Shown here piece by piece: positions 51,398 to 55,696 of a stretch of DNA of 55,696 bases (positions are counted from its first letter, which is position 1; each line of letters begins with the position of its first letter). Origin of the DNA: an uncultured virus (IMG/VR IMGVR_UViG_3300008110_007658) (Duplodnaviria > Heunggongvirae > Uroviricota > Caudoviricetes). The notes under the pieces were generated by a model. It did no database searches and was not told the DNA's origin. It was given only the letters and a program-made list of their open reading frames with translations. The stretch is taken from the IMG/VR virus record IMGVR_UViG_3300008110_007658. The stretch is one strand, 5' to 3'. A program made the translations under genes and the position numbers.

Positions 51398-51426
51398 ATA
51401 TTTCTGGGAAATTTTTTCAGGGGATT

Positions 51427-51585
51427 TTAATTTGTTACCGTCTTATATATCATGACCATAAGAAATCCCAGTGCCACAAAAAAAGGGCGTGGATAACGAA
51501 TCATCCATCCCGCCAATACTACTTTCCAAAAATTCCAATATGGACGCCTTCGAGTATATCTGAGGGGGTTCACAGGACTAATCAT
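51427..51585 (-). CDS. small putative membrane protein
   Basis: Uncalled 52 aa MISPVNPLRYTRRRPYWNFWKVVLAGWMIRYPRPFFVALGFLMVMIYKTVTN with a hydrophobic C-terminal helix. Confidence 0.65.
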   Translation of the reverse strand: MISPVNPLRYTRRRPYWNFWKVVLAGWMIRYPRPFFVALGFLMVMIYKTVTN

Positions 51586-51588
51586 ATT

Positions 51589-51666
51589 TTATTTCTTTCC
51601 ACCCTTCTTTAGGGTTCTTTTATCTGGGCGAGACTTACCACCCTTATGAATCCATTTTACACCCAT
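51589..51666 (-). CDS. very small basic peptide
   Basis: 25 aa MGVKWIHKGGKSRPDKRTLKKGGKK with a GGAGGT SD upstream. Confidence 0.55.
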   Translation of the reverse strand: MGVKWIHKGGKSRPDKRTLKKGGKK

Positions 51667-51818
51667 TTTTTACCTCCGGAAAATTTTTATGATACTGATA
51701 TCTATCGGTCGATTTGTCACCTCTGTAGGTTAGGGTAGTTTCGGGTTTTTATAACCGCAACGCCGCCCGCCACCATCAACGAACCGCCATAAAACGCTGT
51801 CGAATCACTATATCACCA

Positions 51819-51847
51819 AGTATAACACTGCTGCCCCCCAGTGTCAA
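51819..51847 (-). promoter_or_regulatory. strong sigma70-type promoter
   Basis: TTGACA-N17-TATACT with an extended -10 TG. Confidence 0.8.
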
Positions 51848-51893
51848 CATCGCTGACGCTCAGATTGACATCCAGAGGGCACACAGTTAACTA

Positions 51894-52034
51894 TCAGAAC
51901 TCAATCGCATTCAGCGTAGGACCGTTATCATCAGACTCCGAAACATTATCAGAGGCAAGTGTATCCAGAATAGACAGAATCTCGCTGCCAGTGTTACCTT
52001 GAGCAAGCAGAGAAAGCATCACGGACTTGGACAT
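51894..52034 (-). CDS. small acidic hypothetical protein
   Basis: Uncalled 46 aa MSKSVMLSLLAQGNTGSEILSILDTLASDNVSESDDNGPTLNAIEF. Confidence 0.65.
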   Translation of the reverse strand: MSKSVMLSLLAQGNTGSEILSILDTLASDNVSESDDNGPTLNAIEF

Positions 52035-52075
52035 AATAAAGAAGAAAAGTGTAAGAAACTGTGTGTTGTTTGAGT

Positions 52076-52102
52076 GAGCAGTTTTAGGACATACTCAGGT
52101 CC
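52076..52102 (-). other. candidate H-type RNA pseudoknot in a 5' leader
   Basis: GGAC-CU-GAGUA-U-GUCC-UAAAAC-UGCUC: stem 1 GGAC/GUCC, stem 2 GAGUA/UGCUC. Confidence 0.5.
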
Positions 52103-52114
52103 CGAGACTGATGC

Positions 52115-52276
52115 CTACTGTACTGTCAGAAGAGCATTATCATAACGGAAGAACTTGCGAACCTCAGTGTAATCTACTGTCTGACAGTTGTTGTTACCTT
52201 GTGCTCTCAATACTGCCAGACGACATTGTTCAGCAATCTCATCAAGAGTATAACGACTGGAAGGAATGTAACGCAC
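52115..52276 (-). CDS. small hypothetical protein (GTG start)
   Basis: Uncalled 53 aa (M)RYIPSSRYTLDEIAEQCRLAVLRAQGNNNCQTVDYTEVRKFFRYDNALLTVQ. Confidence 0.55.
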   Translation of the reverse strand: MRYIPSSRYTLDEIAEQCRLAVLRAQGNNNCQTVDYTEVRKFFRYDNALLTVQ

Positions 52277-52318
52277 GAGAGTGTTATGTAGTGTGTGTTC
52301 AGTGAGTGTTACTTAAGA

Positions 52319-52567
52319 CTAGAAATCAAACACGTCAGAGTTAATCTGAATCACGTTAACTTTCGGGTCATCAAACCTTACACCGTCAAGAGTTTGTGTC
52401 ATAAAATCACGGATAGATTCAACGAAGTCCTGATACGAACCGCACTCCCTGGCGATGTTATATAGACCCTCATCATTGTTAATCCAGAGTGCAACATTCC
52501 AGGTCTCATAATTCTCCCAACCGTTATAGGAAATGTCAAGAACATTGGACTGGTAAGTGGTAGTCAT
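52319..52567 (-). CDS. phage hypothetical protein (YNGWxNYETWNVALW type)
   Basis: 82 aa carrying YNGWENYETWNVALWINNDEGLY. Confidence 0.8.
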   Translation of the reverse strand: MTTTYQSNVLDISYNGWENYETWNVALWINNDEGLYNIARECGSYQDFVESIRDFMTQTLDGVRFDDPKVNVIQINSDVFDF

Positions 52568-52624
52568 TTCAGGAAAGTGTGGAGAGAAAAGTGTAACGGA
52601 ATCGGAGGGAATCAGTCCCGCTAC

Positions 52625-52816
52625 TCACCACCGGTCCACCAGACGACCGTTGCGGAACCACATAACCTCAGACTTAAGATTGCGATCAGTGAGAATACCT
52701 TGCTGAAACAGATCAGCATTCAGACGAGTAGGAAACTCTCCAGCAACCTGATCACCATCAGCGGTAGGAATTACAACTCGGAAAGTGTTAGTCATCTGGG
52801 ATTGGTTAGTGCTCAT
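52625..52816 (-). CDS. hypothetical protein headed by repeat copy 1
   Basis: The start is the ATG inside the repeat (MSTNQ) or the next ATG (MTNTF); the ORF track's longer start reads through the repeat. Confidence 0.6.
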   Translation of the reverse strand: MSTNQSQMTNTFRVVIPTADGDQVAGEFPTRLNADLFQQGILTDRNLKSEVMWFRNGRLVDRW

Positions 52817-52848
52817 ACTACTGGTACACTTTAGAGGATCCAAGTTTC
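52809..52848 (-). repeat. 40-bp dispersed repeat, copy 1
   Basis: gtgctcatactactggtacactttagaggatccaagtttc; 3 mismatches to copy 3. Confidence 0.92.
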
Positions 52849-53272
52849 AGTTACTCAAGCGTTCTTCAAGTTCACCGAGGACCTGTAATATCACCTCATC
52901 ACTATCCCTACCGTTCTCCTCTAATTGTTGCATAATGTCGCACAGTTGATATACTGTCCTCACGACTTTATGAGGCAGGCGATACATTCCCATTTCACCC
53001 AGATTCTTATACTTTAGGGGTCTTCCTCCTGCAATAGTTTTGGGACGAAACTCCTGATTCTTTTTAGTCTTTTCCCTGTGGCAAGATACACATAACAACT
53101 GACACTTTGATAGTTCCTCCTCCAGAACTTCCTTGGGTTTATGATACCCTGCAGATATGTTAAATGACTTTGTGGTGGGGTCAATGTGGTCAAACTCTAA
53201 TGCTTCTGTGCATCCACATTTTACACACTTTCCCCCCATCTTTTCAGTGAGAATTTGTCTGAAATAGTTCAT
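52847..53272 (-). CDS. free-standing HNH endonuclease with C-terminal putative DNA-binding domain
   Basis: CVKCG...LEFDHIDP...KCQLLCVSCHREKT zinc-binding HNH, followed by GGRPLKY...YRLP and helices. Confidence 0.88.
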   Translation of the reverse strand: MNYFRQILTEKMGGKCVKCGCTEALEFDHIDPTTKSFNISAGYHKPKEVLEEELSKCQLLCVSCHREKTKKNQEFRPKTIAGGRPLKYKNLGEMGMYRLPHKVVRTVYQLCDIMQQLEENGRDSDEVILQVLGELEERLSN

Positions 53273-53370
53273 AGGTGTTTTGTTAGCATAATACCCTCAT
53301 ATTATATATAAATTCAAGGTATTACGATAGCATAATAAAACCCCTACTTTTGGTATAAAATGATACTAAC

Positions 53371-53544
53371 TCACCAACTGTCAGGTGTATTTAAGTCCTC
53401 AACGTAAGCATCACACTTCTCCGCAGGTTCCAACTTGAATAGTTTTTCCCAGTCAATTTGATGCGGATCGAAGTCACCAAACACTGATAGATCCAGAGTG
53501 ACCCTATAACGCTGCTTCTGTGCTTGTTGAAATGCAACCGACAT
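53371..53544 (-). CDS. small hypothetical protein
   Basis: Uncalled 57 aa MSVAFQQAQKQRYRVTLDLSVFGDFDPHQIDWEKLFKLEPAEKCDAYVEDLNTPDSW with AAGGAG SD and its own promoter. Confidence 0.8.
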   Translation of the reverse strand: MSVAFQQAQKQRYRVTLDLSVFGDFDPHQIDWEKLFKLEPAEKCDAYVEDLNTPDSW

Positions 53545-53571
53545 AAGTGTTCTCCTTGGTGTTATGAGAGT

Positions 53572-53600
53572 ATTGTAAGATGCTCTGGGGTTAATGTCAA
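53572..53600 (-). promoter_or_regulatory. sigma70-type promoter
   Basis: TTGACA-N17-TACAAT upstream of the 57-aa ORF. Confidence 0.8.
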
Positions 53601-53684
53601 GGGTGTTGGGGGTATTTATCAGCGAGTGGTGGAGTTTTGTGATGTCTTATCAGGATTTCTAAACTTCCGGGCGGGGGGTTATAC

Positions 53685-53713
53685 TTGACAGAATCGCGTT
53701 TCTGTGTTAGCGT
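53685..53713 (+). promoter_or_regulatory. counter-oriented sigma70-type promoter facing an ORF-free AT-rich tract
   Basis: TTGACA-N17-TAGCGT with an extended -10 TG; the -35/spacer region contains the inverted repeat ACAGAA/TTCTGT. Confidence 0.5.
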
Positions 53714-53935
53714 CGGCTAAGATCACAAGGTCTGAGAGCATTTAAATGACTCACAAGTATCAGTCCTCACAGACACTTATAAGCACATAAATCACTCTCT
53801 AATTGATACGAATTCTTATCATTACCACTCTTTTAATAACAATAAGTATCATTATCTACACAGCTAATATATCTTTTTTAATACATTTTTAATTGATTTT
53901 TAACGTTTTTAAGCATAAAATAACGTTAAAAGCAT

Positions 53936-53966
53936 AAAAAAAGAGAGGGATAACCAGTCCCTCTCT
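53936..53966 (-). terminator. intrinsic terminator
   Basis: Minus strand AGAGAGGGA-CTGGTTA-TCCCTCTCT followed by a T tract; closes the small-ORF unit. Confidence 0.85.
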
Positions 53967-54058
53967 CTATACACCCATCCACCATTTGATTGAATTATCT
54001 ATACTCTACGGAAGTCACTTTCTTTACTTAATAGAGGCAAACTCCTTTCCTCTTATGA

Positions 54059-54214
54059 TTATACTAAGTCACCCGAAGGGTTAAGCGCAAGCGCAGCAGG
54101 ACTTCCACAAGAGCGATAGAAATCAACCATTCTCTTTGCTTCATCTAGTGTAGAGAATGATTGCGTTCTCCAGACTTGTTGATAAGGAGTAAAGTAGCGA
54201 ATCGTGAATGTCAT
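54059..54214 (-). CDS. small hypothetical protein
   Basis: Uncalled 51 aa MTFTIRYFTPYQQVWRTQSFSTLDEAKRMVDFYRSCGSPAALALNPSGDLV; ATGA overlap with the upstream ORF. Confidence 0.75.
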   Translation of the reverse strand: MTFTIRYFTPYQQVWRTQSFSTLDEAKRMVDFYRSCGSPAALALNPSGDLV

Positions 54215-54396
54215 TTAGAAGGATAAAGACAGGAACTAATGCGACCAGGAGTTGTAAGAACTTGTCCACCTCTTTCTATACATTTTGCTTCGATTTGTGG
54301 GTTTCGGATGTGAAGAATCAGAAGAGCACTTGCAATAAAAATAATACCTAAAATCGCTACAATTGCTGTTGCTTCAATATCAGTTTGTTTAATCAT
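54211..54396 (-). CDS. small membrane-anchored protein
   Basis: 61 aa; N-terminal TM helix then a two-Cys C-terminal segment; ATGA coupled. Confidence 0.7.
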   Translation of the reverse strand: MIKQTDIEATAIVAILGIIFIASALLILHIRNPQIEAKCIERGGQVLTTPGRISSCLYPSK

Positions 54397-54584
54397 TTTG
54401 CATTGTCGATTAAATCTTGTTCAATCTGGTGCAGTTTATTTACTGTCCAAACTTGTGGATTTGCATTACCTTGATTCGAGTACAGTTGACTATAATGAAA
54501 CCCATAAAGATCAGGATTTAGATCTTGCAACTGTTCAAGAGTTTGTGCAATTAGAACATTGATTTCTTGTTGGTAATCAGTCAT
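54393..54584 (-). CDS. hypothetical protein
   Basis: 63 aa in the coupled small-ORF array. Confidence 0.7.
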   Translation of the reverse strand: MTDYQQEINVLIAQTLEQLQDLNPDLYGFHYSQLYSNQGNANPQVWTVNKLHQIEQDLIDNAK

Positions 54585-54587
54585 CAG

Positions 54588-54791
54588 TTAATTTACCTTG
54601 AGTTTGCAGACTTCAACTTCTTCATATATCATCTCATCATTAGCATTAGCATCATCATCAGTATAATTCATTTCACGAAGTTGTTGTGCATAAACTTCTG
54701 CATCTTGTTCGTTGAAGAATAGTTTGTGAAGTTCAAGTTGCGAGTAATAATCATTATCACGGGCAAAGACTCCGAAGACTTGATTGTTCAT
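54588..54791 (-). CDS. hypothetical protein
   Basis: 67 aa, acidic, with 3-nt spacing to both neighbours. Confidence 0.7.
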   Translation of the reverse strand: MNNQVFGVFARDNDYYSQLELHKLFFNEQDAEVYAQQLREMNYTDDDANANDEMIYEEVEVCKLKVN

Positions 54792-54794
54792 AAC

Positions 54795-55106
54795 TCAGTT
54801 CAGTTTGATTCCATCATTGAAAGCAACTTCTCCATCCTTAGTAGACACAAACCAGTTGAAGTTCTTTTGATACACATACTCTCCATTTCCGTGTGCAGAG
54901 AGAATAGCATTGAGGCGGGACTTTGTGGTTACTGACTTATAACCACCATCAAACAATTCCAGCCAAGTATCACCAATCATTGCAATCAGATTGTCAAAGA
55001 GATAGACGAAACTTACGCCTTCAATGTTAATCACTTGAGTGTTATCCTTCTTCCAATCAACCTCTTGATTGATTGCATTGTTCATTTCGGTTTCGATTTT
55101 ACGCAT
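54795..55106 (-). CDS. phage hypothetical protein headed by repeat copy 2
   Basis: 103 aa MRKIE...TTKSRLNAIL...YQKNFNWF. Confidence 0.8.
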   Translation of the reverse strand: MRKIETEMNNAINQEVDWKKDNTQVINIEGVSFVYLFDNLIAMIGDTWLELFDGGYKSVTTKSRLNAILSAHGNGEYVYQKNFNWFVSTKDGEVAFNDGIKLN

Positions 55107-55123
55107 TTGAGGTTTGGGGTTGA

Positions 55124-55163
55124 GTGCTTATACTACTAGGACACTTTAGAGGATCCTAGTTTC
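55124..55163 (-). repeat. 40-bp dispersed repeat, copy 2
   Basis: gtgcttatactactaggacactttagaggatcctagtttc; 1 mismatch to copy 3. Confidence 0.92.
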
Positions 55164-55186
55164 TGTTACTGAAGGAATAAGTTTGA

Positions 55187-55423
55187 TTAACCTCCACCGT
55201 ACACATAGTCTACCATACCAGCAGAATGATTCACTCCTTCAATCACAGTGAACTTTGCATACTTATCAAACTCTTCAGCATGATACTCACTGAACTCTTT
55301 GATAAAGAACTCACGGCACTGTTCTTTAGATTCAGCAGCAATAACTACCATGCCACTGGTATAATCAGACAGGACTTCGTTGATGATATACAGATTCATT
55401 TTCTTGGTTTCGTTGGTGCTCAT
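55187..55423 (-). CDS. hypothetical protein headed by repeat copy 3
   Basis: 78 aa from the ATG inside the repeat (or from MNLYII); ends VYGGG. Confidence 0.75.
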   Translation of the reverse strand: MSTNETKKMNLYIINEVLSDYTSGMVVIAAESKEQCREFFIKEFSEYHAEEFDKYAKFTVIEGVNHSAGMVDYVYGGG

Positions 55424-55455
55424 ACTACTAGGACACTTTAGAGGATCCTAGTTTC
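55416..55455 (-). repeat. 40-bp dispersed repeat, copy 3
   Basis: gtgctcatactactaggacactttagaggatcctagtttc. Confidence 0.92.
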
Positions 55456-55631
55456 TAACAACAAAGAGATTGCATAAAAAACCATTCATACTCTCCATCT
55501 TCTGGATCTACTCCATTCACGACAAATTCGGAATAAATTGCATCTGATGTGGCATAATCATCTTGACTTACAAACAACTCAAGACGCTCCAGAAGTGTAG
55601 ACGACATCGAATCAATCAGAGTTTGTTTCAT
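55455..55631 (-). CDS. small acidic hypothetical protein
   Basis: Uncalled 58 aa MKQTLIDSMSSTLLERLELFVSQDDYATSDAIYSEFVVNGVDPEDGEYEWFFMQSLCC; its TAG stop overlaps the edge of repeat copy 3. Confidence 0.65.
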   Translation of the reverse strand: MKQTLIDSMSSTLLERLELFVSQDDYATSDAIYSEFVVNGVDPEDGEYEWFFMQSLCC

Positions 55632-55696
55632 TGTTGTGGGGAAAGAATGTCTGCTGTGGTATGAAGAATGGATGCGGTTGTTTGTCTTACTGATGG

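Noticed and set aside
51865..51895. Plus-strand promoter at TTGACA 51865-51870
   Set aside because: No acceptable -10 hexamer at 17-18 nt spacing; treated as an inverted-repeat arm.
51667..54060. tRNA genes in the GC-rich or non-coding gaps
   Set aside because: No cloverleaf with a properly placed T-loop and acceptor stem was found by eye; a tRNAscan run would settle it.
52809..55455. 40-bp repeats as a CRISPR array
   Set aside because: The gaps between copies are 252 bp and about 2.3 kb and contain whole genes; no cas genes are in the window.
1..55696. Stop-codon reassignment
   Set aside because: Core genes are full length in the standard code, and TAA, TAG and TGA all end genes.

Overview
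This window is a 55.7 kb segment of a large T4-like myovirus genome. Gene content and order match cyanomyoviruses, but a cyanobacterial host is inferred, since no photosynthesis gene is in the window. All supported genes are on the minus strand. From left to right: a truncated HExxH metallopeptidase-like gene, gp46/gp47, late sigma factor gp55, uvsW/uvsY, gp3, the head module (gp23, gp22, gp21, three inserted genes, gp67-like, gp20), tail gp19/gp18, terminase gp17/gp16 split by a 556-aa mosaic gene, gp15/gp14/gp13, a 2479-aa VrlC-like protein, and baseplate gp8, gp7-like (4019 aa), gp6 and gp25. Next come a glycosyltransferase/ATP-grasp-like cluster and, from about 51.7 kb, a region of tiny ORFs with sigma70 promoters, an HNH endonuclease, an ORF-free origin-like gap and a 40-bp repeat in three copies. 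The best leads are: (i) the 556-aa protein, which looks like a string of small modules separated by prohead-protease-type hydrophobic-x-Glu sites; (ii) the 40-bp gene-heading repeat; (iii) three compact H-type pseudoknot candidates, one able to compete with an SD-sequestering hairpin; (iv) two counter-oriented promoters with no ORF downstream; and (v) an uncalled NblA-like 59-aa ORF. All family calls come from recognising motifs by eye; no database searches were run.
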